Source: a virus
Taxonomy: Duplodnaviria; Caudoviricetes
Reading direction: 5' to 3' (one strand)
IMG/VR virus record: IMGVR_UViG_2597490202_000002
Coordinates: 21,372 to 85,371 of that record
DNA length: 64,000 nt
This document shows, piece by piece, positions 18,642-27,805 of this stretch. The first letter of the stretch is position 1; every line of letters begins with the position of its first letter. The notes under the pieces are model-generated. The model saw nothing but the letters and a program-made list of their open reading frames with translations, searched no databases and was not told the origin of the DNA. The translations under genes and the position numbers were made by a program.

Positions 18642-20807
18642 ATGGCACAACCAAAATTATTATCAAAAATTTGGGCTAGTTTAGGACTTAAAACGGATAT
18701 TCCTGAAACTAGAACTAGAGATTTGGCACAAAGTGCTGCTACATACGAGGAGGGCTTTCCTCAGATCACAATGACCCCAATCACACAAGGGGGAAAAGCA
18801 CCATCTGGTAAAGATATGAACGGTATATTAAGAGATATTACGGAGCATATCGTTTACCAAAACAAAGGTGGAAAATATCTGTTCGATGCTTCTTTTGCAG
18901 AGAAAATTGGTGGATATGAGAAAGGGGCTGTATTGATTACTAATGATTTTACTAAATTTATGGTTAGTTTAGTGAATCAAAATAAAGTTAATTTTAATAC
19001 CTCAAACTATCAAGGCAGTTGGGCTGTCATTGCTACAATTGATTTGGTTAAATTTATCACACCAAAAAGTATAACAGCAACGAGTACAAATACTACTGAC
19101 AGTACAGGACATTCTCACGCAATTGACACGGCAACCACATCTCGCAAAGGAATTACCCAACTCACCAACGACACAGGGCTAGACTCTGAGTCACTGGCAT
19201 TAACCGCAAAAGCAGGTAAAGCTATTGCTCAGTCTGTGGCACAGTTGCAACTTAGTACAACGAATGCACTCAATCAAAAAGTCAATAAAACGGATATCAG
19301 TAACGCTGTCAATTCAACATCTCAAACTACGGTGGCATCGTCGCAAGCGGTCAAAACGGCTTATGATTTAGCTAACAGTAAATACACGGCTCAAGATGCC
19401 AGCCCAACCCAAAAGGGCTTGGTGCAACTCGCCAATAACTTAACCACCAATGATGCTACAAAGGCGTTGACGGCAGCACAGGGAAAAATCTTAAAAGATG
19501 AGATTGATGGGATTGAGATTGGGGGGCGGAATTTAATTAAAAATTCTCGTCTATTAAACGACACTACCCACTGGAATGTAATTGGTGGAAGGGATGTTAG
19601 AAATGGAATCGCAGTTTTAAAAAGTTTAGATACATCGAGCCAATGGTGCTGGAGACAAACTTTTGATTTGCCTGAGAAGCAATATACATTTAGTGCTGAG
19701 GTCAAACCCGAAAGAACTGCGTTTTATCTCCATCTGTACAATGGGAAGAGCTGGGTTAATTTTCATGCAAGAAATTTGACTCCAGGCATATGGCAAAAAA
19801 TATCGATTACCTTCGTTAGTGCGATAAGAAACATTTCATTCATTAATCCAGGTGAAGGACTTGTAGAATTACAAAATCCTATGCTTGTCGAAGGCAATAG
19901 AGCTATGACTTGGGCTCCAGCGCCCGAAGATTTAACCGAAGAAGCGCTTAATAGTGCCCGTCAAAACTATGTTGCCAAAGCTGGGGACACAATGACAGGT
20001 AATCTCATGATTAACCATGCAGTTTCTCACGTTAAAGGGCAACGAAATAGCGTTGATACTTGGTATGTGGGTAATGAAAGTGGGAGTAATCAAGATGTTA
20101 TATTAAATTCTTATGTCCATCATACCTACATTAAATTGAAACAAGACAGAGTTGAATCGAACAAACCTATCTATCGAGGCAATCACCTCGTGTTTGACGA
20201 AGGAAATTTGCTTCCCGTTCGACAGATTGATTTGCGTTCTATTGCTAATGGGCAAATATCTTTCCAAGATGCTACGCCTGCGCAGTTACCGCTTGGAGCT
20301 TTCGTGGGGCTATCTAAAAAATCTCACTTGAATGGTGCGGGCGATGGCTGGATGATGATTAACAAAGGCTGGCCAGATAACTCAGGAGTATTTGCTTGCA
20401 ATCGTATTGGTATTTCGGGCGATAGAATACGCTTCCAAACTGCAAATAATCTTAATGCTTGGGGGAATGTAATTGAGCTGGCCAATCTCAGTGATTTTAT
20501 CTATCAAAAAATCGGCAATTTTGAAATTCGCAAATACCCTGATGGGATGATGATTCAAACCTATTTTTATGATGTAAATGATTTGAAAGAATGGGGAGAA
20601 AAGCAATTTACTTGGGCTGTCGCTTTTGCTGATAAACCTATGGTGATACCTAAAGTGGAGCATACCTATGGTATAAACAGCGATGTTGGTAGTGCTATTA
20701 TGAGAAAAAGCACCAATGCTGTTTGTTATTATAAATTATATGAACACCACAGTGAGGATCAAGGTGACTGTCGAGTACAATTTTTAGGTATTGGTCGCTG
20801 GAAATAG
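18642..20807 (+). CDS. Tail fibre protein
   Basis: GFP.ITM.P...GG..P.G.DMNG start; A(T/S)..KG..QL fibre repeats; gp53-like end FLGIGRWK. Confidence 0.88.
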   Translation: MAQPKLLSKIWASLGLKTDIPETRTRDLAQSAATYEEGFPQITMTPITQGGKAPSGKDMNGILRDITEHIVYQNKGGKYLFDASFAEKIGGYEKGAVLITNDFTKFMVSLVNQNKVNFNTSNYQGSWAVIATIDLVKFITPKSITATSTNTTDSTGHSHAIDTATTSRKGITQLTNDTGLDSESLALTAKAGKAIAQSVAQLQLSTTNALNQKVNKTDISNAVNSTSQTTVASSQAVKTAYDLANSKYTAQDASPTQKGLVQLANNLTTNDATKALTAAQGKILKDEIDGIEIGGRNLIKNSRLLNDTTHWNVIGGRDVRNGIAVLKSLDTSSQWCWRQTFDLPEKQYTFSAEVKPERTAFYLHLYNGKSWVNFHARNLTPGIWQKISITFVSAIRNISFINPGEGLVELQNPMLVEGNRAMTWAPAPEDLTEEALNSARQNYVAKAGDTMTGNLMINHAVSHVKGQRNSVDTWYVGNESGSNQDVILNSYVHHTYIKLKQDRVESNKPIYRGNHLVFDEGNLLPVRQIDLRSIANGQISFQDATPAQLPLGAFVGLSKKSHLNGAGDGWMMINKGWPDNSGVFACNRIGISGDRIRFQTANNLNAWGNVIELANLSDFIYQKIGNFEIRKYPDGMMIQTYFYDVNDLKEWGEKQFTWAVAFADKPMVIPKVEHTYGINSDVGSAIMRKSTNAVCYYKLYEHHSEDQGDCRVQFLGIGRWK

Positions 20808-20816
20808 GAGAATACA

Positions 20817-21383
20817 ATGACACTTTATTACAAAAACGGCTTTTATGACGACAGCCACGGCGGCTTTGTACCAGAGGGCGCTTGTGAAATTTCGGCAGAA
20901 ACCTACCGCTTGTTACTTGAAGGGCAAGCTCAAGGTAAGCTAATCATTGCCGATGATGAAGGGAATCCGATTTTAAGTGAGCCACCGCCGATACCTATTG
21001 AAGAACAACGCCAGCAAGTCCGCAACGCCATCAACACCCTGCGAGATAAGAAAATCAACGGCGGTGTTTATGTGCCAGCGATTGACAAATGGATTGACAC
21101 AGACGCAACAGCAGAGCGTAACATCTTGTCTGTCAAAGCGACTTTTGACTTATTCGGAGACCAAGAAATTCCTTGGACTTTTGCGGATAATTCGGTGGCA
21201 ATGATTAACAAAGAAAAATTGTTAGTCATTTGGCAGGTGTTAATGGAAGCCAAGACTGGCAATCACGCTAATGCCTTGAAGCATAAGGCGATGGTGGAGC
21301 AAGTAGAAAATCCGCTTGAATATGATTATTCGGATGGGTGGACGCAGACTTATGAGGAATTTGCAGGAGCTGCGAATGGATAA
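20817..21383 (+). CDS. Tail fibre assembly protein (DUF4376-like)
   Basis: GFYD..LLEGQAQGK.I; WTFADNS. Confidence 0.78.
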   Translation: MTLYYKNGFYDDSHGGFVPEGACEISAETYRLLLEGQAQGKLIIADDEGNPILSEPPPIPIEEQRQQVRNAINTLRDKKINGGVYVPAIDKWIDTDATAERNILSVKATFDLFGDQEIPWTFADNSVAMINKEKLLVIWQVLMEAKTGNHANALKHKAMVEQVENPLEYDYSDGWTQTYEEFAGAANG

Positions 21384-21837
21384 AATCTACCTTGCACTTT
21401 ACAAAGGCAATGCCAAAAACTGGCAAGCCCGTTTGGAAGATTGGCTGATTCGCAAAGCAACCAAAGGGCAATACTCGCATTGTGAGATTGCAATACATAA
21501 AAGTCGAATTTTCGACCATTATCACCAAGAAGAATGGTTTGAGTGTTATAGCTCAAGCCTCCGTGATGGTGGTGTGCGTTGCAAAATTATCAACGTATCT
21601 GACCGCTCTAAGTGGGATTTGGTTGAGCTACCAAATGTGACAGAGGCTCAAATTAGATTTTACTTTGAAATAACCAAAGGTAAAAAGTATGACCTTTGGG
21701 GAGCATTGGGTGTAGTGCTTGGATTTAAGCAACGTGGAGAACGGTTCTTTTGCTCTGAATGGTGTTTTAATGCGATTTTTAATAGCGAACAGGGCTGGCG
21801 ATTTAGTCCGAATCAGTTGGCTATTTTATTAAAATAA
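21376..21837 (+). CDS. Permuted papain-like (His before Cys) phage protein
   Basis: YSHCEI, KYD and FCSEW motifs. Confidence 0.6.
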   Translation: MDKIYLALYKGNAKNWQARLEDWLIRKATKGQYSHCEIAIHKSRIFDHYHQEEWFECYSSSLRDGGVRCKIINVSDRSKWDLVELPNVTEAQIRFYFEITKGKKYDLWGALGVVLGFKQRGERFFCSEWCFNAIFNSEQGWRFSPNQLAILLK

Positions 21838-22015
21838 AAGCCTCCATTGTGGAGGCTTGTTTCCAGACTTGCGAGTTAGATCGCAAAATAATTTCTTAGA
21901 TTAATTTTTGGGTATTATGATTGATATTACTTCATAATCAACCATTTAACAAATGGTATTAAAATCAACATGTTACTCTTTTAAATCTATTCCAGCTAGT
22001 TAAGCTATTCTCAAG

Positions 22016-22315
22016 TTAATACAACATTTCGCTATAAAGCTCTTTAGGTTCATAGCCGATATTAAATCTAATTTGATTATTAGCTTTTGCGATTTCGAGT
22101 GCTTCTCTTCTATCTACAAAACGACTGAAATTGGTTAAAAATCCCTGTTCTTTTTTCCGCCATTCATCGTATTCCATATTTTCCTTGATGAGTCTGAATG
22201 TTTGGTCATAATGCCTTATAGACGGGATAATTATTTCAATACTTGGGTCAGTAATGTTGAATAGTTTTATTGCCGCACATACGACTAATTCCAGATGCTT
22301 TTCAGGTGATTTCAT
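22016..22315 (-). CDS. Hypothetical phage protein
   Basis: VCAAI..RH..EQGFLTN..RFVDR.EA..IA..LYSE; coupled to MazG-like gene. Confidence 0.7.
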   Translation of the reverse strand: MKSPEKHLELVVCAAIKLFNITDPSIEIIIPSIRHYDQTFRLIKENMEYDEWRKKEQGFLTNFSRFVDRREALEIAKANNQIRFNIGYEPKELYSEMLY

Positions 22316-22821
22316 AAATCTTCCTCCTTAACAAACACGCCATCAATCATTTTGCCTTTTCTGTCTTTGATTTGGTCGTAGGCAAATCGAGTGCAATCAA
22401 TAATGTCAATCTCTTTGGCTCGGCAATACCGCATTAGGTTGTAAAAAATCATATTTACTGATTCTGGGTACACTTTTTCTGCTTCAGGAACGCCGTAGTC
22501 AGAAAGAAAACCAAGAAAACGTAATATCCAAAAGAGATGTTCGTCTGCGTTGAAAACGTTATCTTCCTCGTAGATGTAATCTGAATCTAGGTAGGTGTCA
22601 TAAAGCGTTTCTTCAATGTTGAGCATTTTGCACAGATTAGTTAATACCACGACACTATCGCCCACGCTATCACGGATTTTGTCAGTGTCGTTTTTGTTAT
22701 GCCCGCTGAATAGCTCACCGACTTCTTCAGAAAGCTTAAAGATTTGTTTTTGTACGGTTGATCCGTTGATGATATTACGGTCTTCCGCCCATTGTTCGAT
22801 TTGTTGGATAAGTTGTTTCAT
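22312..22821 (-). CDS. MazG-like nucleotide pyrophosphohydrolase
   Basis: WA.DR, KL.EE.GEL, D..GD..V.L, AY..IKDRKG...DG.FVK. Confidence 0.82.
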   Translation of the reverse strand: MKQLIQQIEQWAEDRNIINGSTVQKQIFKLSEEVGELFSGHNKNDTDKIRDSVGDSVVVLTNLCKMLNIEETLYDTYLDSDYIYEEDNVFNADEHLFWILRFLGFLSDYGVPEAEKVYPESVNMIFYNLMRYCRAKEIDIIDCTRFAYDQIKDRKGKMIDGVFVKEEDL

Positions 22822-22871
22822 TTGGTTTTCTCCATAAAATAAAACCGCCCATAAAGAGCGGTTGGTTGTGG

Positions 22872-23076
22872 TTAAAAGTTTGCTAATCGTTGTTGATTAA
22901 GCTGGGGTAGGGCTTGCTCAATGAATGGGTCAAGCCATACGTTAAATTCGTGTGCGATGTCGTAGCCCTTGGCGACAATCTCGTTTTTCAGAGCCACTAA
23001 CAATATGAAGATCCGTTAGAGAATAAAGATTTTCGTAAGTACGAATAGATGTTTTTAGAATGGTTAAGTTTGACAT
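22872..23076 (-). pseudogene. Antirepressor (KilA-N-like) remnant with large internal deletion
   Basis: MSNLTILKTSIRTYENLYSLTDLH..SG fused out of frame to a C-terminal fragment. Confidence 0.65.
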
Positions 23077-23079
23077 ATT

Positions 23080-23300
23080 ATGCCCCTTGATTTTCAGTTA
23101 GTCTTTCGATCAACCTTAGTAGGGTTGATCGGGCTTCAACTACCAAATCAAGCTGGCGGAGCTTATTTCCCGAAGGTATTTTATTAGGCTCTCTCGACCC
23201 GACCACTGAAATCCTCAGATCTGAGGAATTACAAATTTTAGGCATAAAAAAACCGCTTTTATTGTCGGAGCGAGAAACCGACTTGATTTAGTAGTGCGGT
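23080..23300 (-). ncRNA. C4-like antisense RNA locus with target boxes, copy 1
   Basis: Core near-identical to 33530-33740; complementary AAATCAAG/CTTGATTT boxes; upstream of ant remnant. Confidence 0.6.
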
Positions 23301-23301
23301 T

Positions 23302-23331
23302 ATCTTAATCCGAAAGGGCGGTTTTTGTCAA
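23302..23331 (-). promoter_or_regulatory. Cassette promoter A (TTGACA-18-TAAGAT)
   Basis: One of seven related promoters. Confidence 0.7.
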
Positions 23332-23337
23332 TAGGAT

Positions 23338-24618
23338 TTACTCGTCCATCAAGTCTTTTGTTTTTTGTGGAATATCTTTAACTTGTCCTTTAATTCCATC
23401 AATCGCTTTATCTAAGCGTTTTCCTACACCGTCTATAATGGTTTCAAGTGGTGTAGAGTTTAAATCTCGCTCAAATACTTTTGTTGGATTTGAACCTAAA
23501 TTATCAACTGCAATTTGTAATAATTGCTCTTCTAATTCAGGAGACTGCTCTTGTACTTGTTTACGGTAACCTTCAAATGCCATTGCAGAAGAGTATTTAT
23601 AGCCATAATCTTCACGCAAGCGGAATAAATAGGCCCGTTCTTTCGATTTAATCCAAGCGACAATTAAGAATGGCAAGGATATAGCTGATTTGGCAAAGAA
23701 TTGCACCCAATCAAATTGGGTGTGAATTTGCCCTTCGGGTAAGGCGTGGGTAATTAAACTTGAATTAAATCCCCATAATGAAATGCCTGCGGTGATAATA
23801 AGTGCTCCAATTAGAAAACCGTCTGCCCATTTCATCTTTGTGTTAATGTCGTCCATTTGTTTTTTGAAAGAACCTGCCATACTTGCTCGGTTGGCATCAT
23901 CGATGATTTCTTGAATATCTTGTTTCTGTTTATTGAATAATTTAATCATTTCTTCAATCTCCTTATGGTATTGCTCTATTTTGGGTTTATTGGTTTCAAC
24001 CGTGCTTGCAAAGGTGGTGATCTTAGCAAGGTTACTTTCAGCCGTTTTGGCAAAAGTGGCAATATCAACACAGTGTTCGTCTGCTGTGCTATACCATTCT
24101 GCAATATCGTCAGTTTGAACTTTTGCTGCTTTGTAGGACTTTTCGAGTGCTGAGAGACTGGTTTGTAACTTTTCAAATTCAGCCTTATCTTTGGTAAGTT
24201 GATTTTCTAAGGCAATATGTTCAGTAAGATTTGCTTTAATTTTCGTAATATCGGCTGAGATAGCTTGGCGTTCTTCTTCTGTTCGGAATTCACCTTTAAC
24301 TTCAATAAGGTAGGTTTCTTTTATTAAGCGTTTGAATGCGATGAGATAACCAATAAAGCGAGTTTCTTCGTTACTGCGCCATTCTGTTTTTGTTGTTAAT
24401 TTCGATATATTGTTAATAAGTGTTAGAGCGCGTCTTTTAAAAAAGGCAATTTCAATGGGGTTATTTATTTCAGTAAATTTATCTATTTGATTATAAATAG
24501 TTTCAATTTCATTAAGTATATTGGCGAGTGTAATTGTTTTTAAAAAAACATAATCATTATTGAATTCCTGTTCAATTTGATGTTTTAATTTTGTTAATGC
24601 TGTTTTAATTGTTTTCAT
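23338..24618 (-). CDS. Coiled-coil protein with two C-terminal TM helices, accessory
   Basis: Long heptad region, two hydrophobic segments, EDYGYK..AMAFEGY. Confidence 0.8.
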   Translation of the reverse strand: MKTIKTALTKLKHQIEQEFNNDYVFLKTITLANILNEIETIYNQIDKFTEINNPIEIAFFKRRALTLINNISKLTTKTEWRSNEETRFIGYLIAFKRLIKETYLIEVKGEFRTEEERQAISADITKIKANLTEHIALENQLTKDKAEFEKLQTSLSALEKSYKAAKVQTDDIAEWYSTADEHCVDIATFAKTAESNLAKITTFASTVETNKPKIEQYHKEIEEMIKLFNKQKQDIQEIIDDANRASMAGSFKKQMDDINTKMKWADGFLIGALIITAGISLWGFNSSLITHALPEGQIHTQFDWVQFFAKSAISLPFLIVAWIKSKERAYLFRLREDYGYKYSSAMAFEGYRKQVQEQSPELEEQLLQIAVDNLGSNPTKVFERDLNSTPLETIIDGVGKRLDKAIDGIKGQVKDIPQKTKDLMDE

Positions 24619-24639
24619 TTCATATTTCCCTGAAATTCA

Positions 24640-24709
24640 GATACAAAAAAAGCCGTTGGTGGACGGCTTGGATTGGGATAATGTTAAGCTGAATTGGGGG
24701 CGGTGTCAA
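24640..24709 (-). promoter_or_regulatory. Cassette promoter B (TTGACA-17-TAACAT) with leader terminator
   Basis: AAGCCGT..ACGGCTT hairpin plus T-run between promoter and gene. Confidence 0.65.
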
Positions 24710-24738
24710 TATGGAATAAAAAAGCCTACGAGGTAGGC

Positions 24739-25146
24739 TTATTCATTCTCTTGTTGTTGCTTTTCTAAAACACTTGCTTTGCCTCGTCCAAATCCTGCCC
24801 AGTAACCAGCAAGTAATGCACCACCGATTTTTAGCATTTCTAATGCAAAATCTGTTTTATCTGTGTACATTGCAATAACCACAATAATTGTGATAACAAC
24901 AACACCTACACCAATTAAGATATGGCGTTGTGAATGAAGTTTAGAAACTGCAGTAATTTGTTGAGTGCGATCGCCTTTTTGAGCTTCAATACTTGCGAGT
25001 GCAATTTTCTCATTAGATTCAATGCGTTTCCGTTCAAGCTCTAATTCCTTTTCTTTTACAGCCTGATTCGCTTGTTGAACCTTCACAAGATCTCGCATTG
25101 TAGCAAGAAGTTGTGCGTCCGTTGGTTGTGGGTTTTTATTATTCAT
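24739..25146 (-). CDS. Coiled-coil two-TM membrane protein
   Basis: TAATG-coupled to the upstream 64-aa ORF; two hydrophobic helices. Confidence 0.75.
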   Translation of the reverse strand: MNNKNPQPTDAQLLATMRDLVKVQQANQAVKEKELELERKRIESNEKIALASIEAQKGDRTQQITAVSKLHSQRHILIGVGVVVITIIVVIAMYTDKTDFALEMLKIGGALLAGYWAGFGRGKASVLEKQQQENE

Positions 25147-25340
25147 TAACGTACTGGACAAAGCTGTGGCGTTTTATAAGTGATTTGGAATGAACCATAA
25201 CCACCAGAGCCAATTTTAGGTGGAACAAAAGTAACATTCTGGATGTTGTTACTTACTGTGGATTTTCTCGCTTCGTTTAAGTACTGTTTCGCTGAAACGT
25301 TGCGAACCTTTTTAGGTACAAGCAGTGGCGTTTTAGTCAT
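25146..25340 (-). CDS. 64-aa basic protein
   Basis: AAGGT RBS; FVPPKIGSGGYGSF; coupled to downstream gene. Confidence 0.65.
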   Translation of the reverse strand: MTKTPLLVPKKVRNVSAKQYLNEARKSTVSNNIQNVTFVPPKIGSGGYGSFQITYKTPQLCPVR

Positions 25341-25442
25341 ATGAAATACCTTGTTTGAGTGATGAAAATCCCTTGTGAAATAAGGATTTTATATAAAAAA
25401 ACACATTGAGGTGGTTGTAAACTTTCTGTTGAAAGCACGGCT

Positions 25443-25471
25443 ATCTTAATCCGAAGGGGGGCGGTTGTCAA
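25443..25471 (-). promoter_or_regulatory. Cassette promoter C (TTGACA-17-TAAGAT)
   Basis: One of seven related promoters. Confidence 0.7.
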
Positions 25472-25505
25472 ATACAAAAGCCTGCGGAAATAGCAAGCTT
25501 TGTGG

Positions 25506-26060
25506 TTATTGTTTGGGTTTATCTTCGTCAATCCATTTTTCTGCAAGCCATTCAAACTCACAAAACAGTTTATTGTTGTTATTTTTAATACGACGCAATT
25601 CCATAATATAGGGTTTCAACGTATTCCAGTCAGTGATTACGCTACTTTTACTCATTCGTTTATAAACGGCTTCATCAAATAAATTCTCTTTGATGCCAAC
25701 ACAAATAAATTCAATCGAGTTGAGAATATCAAGTACGATGAAATTTTGTCGATTTGTTTCATCTGTTGCTTCTGCATGTTTTTCGAGGGAGCAAGCTAAG
25801 CTCGTGAAGTTTAGCCCCCCATCACGCATTTTCATATAAGATTTTCGGCGTTTGCGGTAATAGGCATTATTGCTATTGCTGATAAGTAATTCGATAGTTG
25901 CTTTTTGTTTGTGCTGTTTTCGTAATTCTTTCAGTTGTGACCACGCAAAATAGGCTAGGTAACCTGTGAATAAACAAGTTCCTAGCCCTACAAGCAGATT
26001 AATATCAAAGTTAAAGTTACTAAAATATACCAGCATTTCATTGGTGGTAGGTTGAGGCAT
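25506..26060 (-). CDS. Membrane-anchored DUF4760-like protein
   Basis: N-terminal TM; ILN..EF...GI....FDE..YKRM......DW..LKPYI..LR...F.EFEWLA..W. Confidence 0.72.
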   Translation of the reverse strand: MPQPTTNEMLVYFSNFNFDINLLVGLGTCLFTGYLAYFAWSQLKELRKQHKQKATIELLISNSNNAYYRKRRKSYMKMRDGGLNFTSLACSLEKHAEATDETNRQNFIVLDILNSIEFICVGIKENLFDEAVYKRMSKSSVITDWNTLKPYIMELRRIKNNNNKLFCEFEWLAEKWIDEDKPKQ

Positions 26061-26122
26061 TAAACTTCCCATCCTTCATTTAGTGAAAAACCGTCCCAAC
26101 CTTCGTTAATTGATTTAGACAT
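26060..26122 (-). CDS. 20-aa peptide MSKSINEGWDGFSLNEGWEV
   Basis: AGGAG 7 nt upstream; TAATG overlap with next gene; NEGW twice. Confidence 0.6.
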   Translation of the reverse strand: MSKSINEGWDGFSLNEGWEV

Positions 26123-26227
26123 TTCATTACTCCTAATTTAAAACTAAAATACACAAAAAAAGCCTGCAAATGCAAGCCCTGTCACGTTCCGTATTTTAAA
26201 AAAGCACTTTCTGTTGAAAGTGGGGGT

Positions 26228-26256
26228 ATCTTAAATTAAAGGGCGGTGGGTGTCAA
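26228..26256 (-). promoter_or_regulatory. Cassette promoter D (TTGACA-17-TAAGAT)
   Basis: One of seven related promoters; abuts stop at 26257. Confidence 0.7.
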
Positions 26257-27054
26257 TTAGATTTTATTCATCGAACCATTGAGTTTCAGAATTTTATAAA
26301 TAACAGGCTCTTCTTCGATATATTCAACCAATACATCCACCAAGAAGATTTTGTGATAAGGGTATTCTTCGTTGATGATCATGGTGTCTTTAAGTGATTT
26401 ATCTTCAAATCGCACTCTTACTGGCTTTGATGAAATCGCAGGGATAATGGCTCTGTCGTGAGCTTTGCTTTGAGCGTCTGCGGTGGACGACCAATAAAGC
26501 GTGGTGTTTCGTAAGGTATTTTCTTCACGCTCTTTGAGGAGTTTCAATTCTCGGTTAATGTTATTTTGAGCTAGCCCTGCCATTGCATTGTCGGCGTGTA
26601 GATGAATATGCACATCGCCTTGATTATTCGATACTTGTAGATTGAATTGTGCTTTGGGGTCGATAGCGATAGGTTCTAAAATATTATTGGCATTTTTTAA
26701 CATTGCCGGTGTAAGTCGTTCAGGCTTTTCGCCTTTATTCATTGCCCAGTCTAAAATCATTTTGAGATGTCCTCCAAATTCGAGAATGGCATTACCCTGT
26801 TCAATTATCGGGTAGGTGCTTGAAACCAGTGCGGCAAGCTCAACAAGGAAACAGCCTTGTGTGATTTTTTCCACATAAATATGCTGTTCGCAAGGCTCAA
26901 TTTCAATTTTGTTGTCTTGGATAAATTGGCGGTATTCTGCAGCTATCCCTTCCATACTTTGGCAAAAGGTAGAGAGTTGTAGCGGTTCACTGTTATCAAT
27001 TTCGATGAGTAGTTTCATATTTTTGTCTATTGTGTAATGTGTTTCAGCTACCAT
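26257..27054 (-). CDS. Hypothetical accessory protein (~265 aa)
   Basis: Long ORF with GAGGT RBS and its own promoter. Confidence 0.8.
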   Translation of the reverse strand: MVAETHYTIDKNMKLLIEIDNSEPLQLSTFCQSMEGIAAEYRQFIQDNKIEIEPCEQHIYVEKITQGCFLVELAALVSSTYPIIEQGNAILEFGGHLKMILDWAMNKGEKPERLTPAMLKNANNILEPIAIDPKAQFNLQVSNNQGDVHIHLHADNAMAGLAQNNINRELKLLKEREENTLRNTTLYWSSTADAQSKAHDRAIIPAISSKPVRVRFEDKSLKDTMIINEEYPYHKIFLVDVLVEYIEEEPVIYKILKLNGSMNKI

Positions 27055-27072
27055 ACCGCACCTCAAATTTTG

Positions 27073-27142
27073 GATACAAAAAAAGCCGTGTTAGACGGCT
27101 TAGATTGAGATAATGTTAAACTGAAAGGGCGGTGGGTGTCAA
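27073..27142 (-). promoter_or_regulatory. Cassette promoter E (TTGACA-18-TAACAT) with leader terminator
   Basis: Same layout as promoter B. Confidence 0.65.
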
Positions 27143-27284
27143 ATACAAAAACATTAATTATTTTAGTTTAACCTTAAAAATATCTTGATTATTTATTTGG
27201 TTTAACCTAAAATATGCTTGTTTTCGGAATGGTTCTGAAAATGAGAAGCCCAGCTTTCACTGGGCCACTAAATGGAGCTAGGAT

Positions 27285-27356
27285 ATGAAGATTTTCAGAG
27301 TTCTAATCCTAGTTACCGTAGTATTACTCACCTGTTGTTCAGGTACGGTAGTTTAA
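27285..27356 (+). CDS. 23-aa hydrophobic peptide MKIFRVLILVTVVLLTCCSGTVV (Ibs-like candidate toxin)
   Basis: GGAG RBS; promoter TTGATT-17-TAAAAT at 27185-27213; antisense promoter at 27431-27403. Confidence 0.55.
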   Translation: MKIFRVLILVTVVLLTCCSGTVV

Positions 27357-27443
27357 GGTAACTCCTGAAGGGGGAAGGTCGGATGTCCCCCTGACGGCTC
27401 CAACTATAAGCCTTTTGGCTTAAAAGATCAACAAGGAATTTCT

Positions 27444-27662
27444 ATGCAAACTGAAAAACGCTCTCGTGGTCGCCCAAAATCTGGTTTAACTCTTCAGGAA
27501 CTGCAAGCAAGAAGCGAAGCTAAGCGTGGGGTTAAGCTCAAAGGCTTTAAACTTCATCAAGAAACGATTGAGCTTATTGAACGCCTTGCCGAGCAACACG
27601 GTATTTCACAAACACAGGTGATTGTGCAAGCGGTTGAGTTATTTAATCAGAAAGGGGCGTAA
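27444..27662 (+). CDS. Ribbon-helix-helix-like DNA-binding protein
   Basis: RGRP; K.KGFKL...IE.LA...GISQ..VI.QAV; paralog of 29156. Confidence 0.72.
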   Translation: MQTEKRSRGRPKSGLTLQELQARSEAKRGVKLKGFKLHQETIELIERLAEQHGISQTQVIVQAVELFNQKGA

Positions 27663-27805
27663 TGCCCTTTATTCTTTCATTAGCGCCATCCAAAATAGAG
27701 TTTTCCCTAGTTTTTGTTTGACTACACTTAATTTCAGGTTGATGATGCTGAGAATTAAGCATAAACACGTTAATGAAATCAACCAGCTCATCTGCCTAGT
27801 CCCCA

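Larger units (their letters stand above)
1..21860 (+). mobile_element. Prophage 1: myovirus late operon (head, neck, contractile tail, baseplate, fibre); left part outside window
   Basis: Co-oriented structural genes in canonical order, ending at a hairpin near 21836-21860. Confidence 0.9.

Noticed and set aside
18642-21383. Diversity-generating retroelement or invertible fibre segment
   Set aside because: I found no reverse transcriptase, template repeat, invertase or second inverted fibre end in the window
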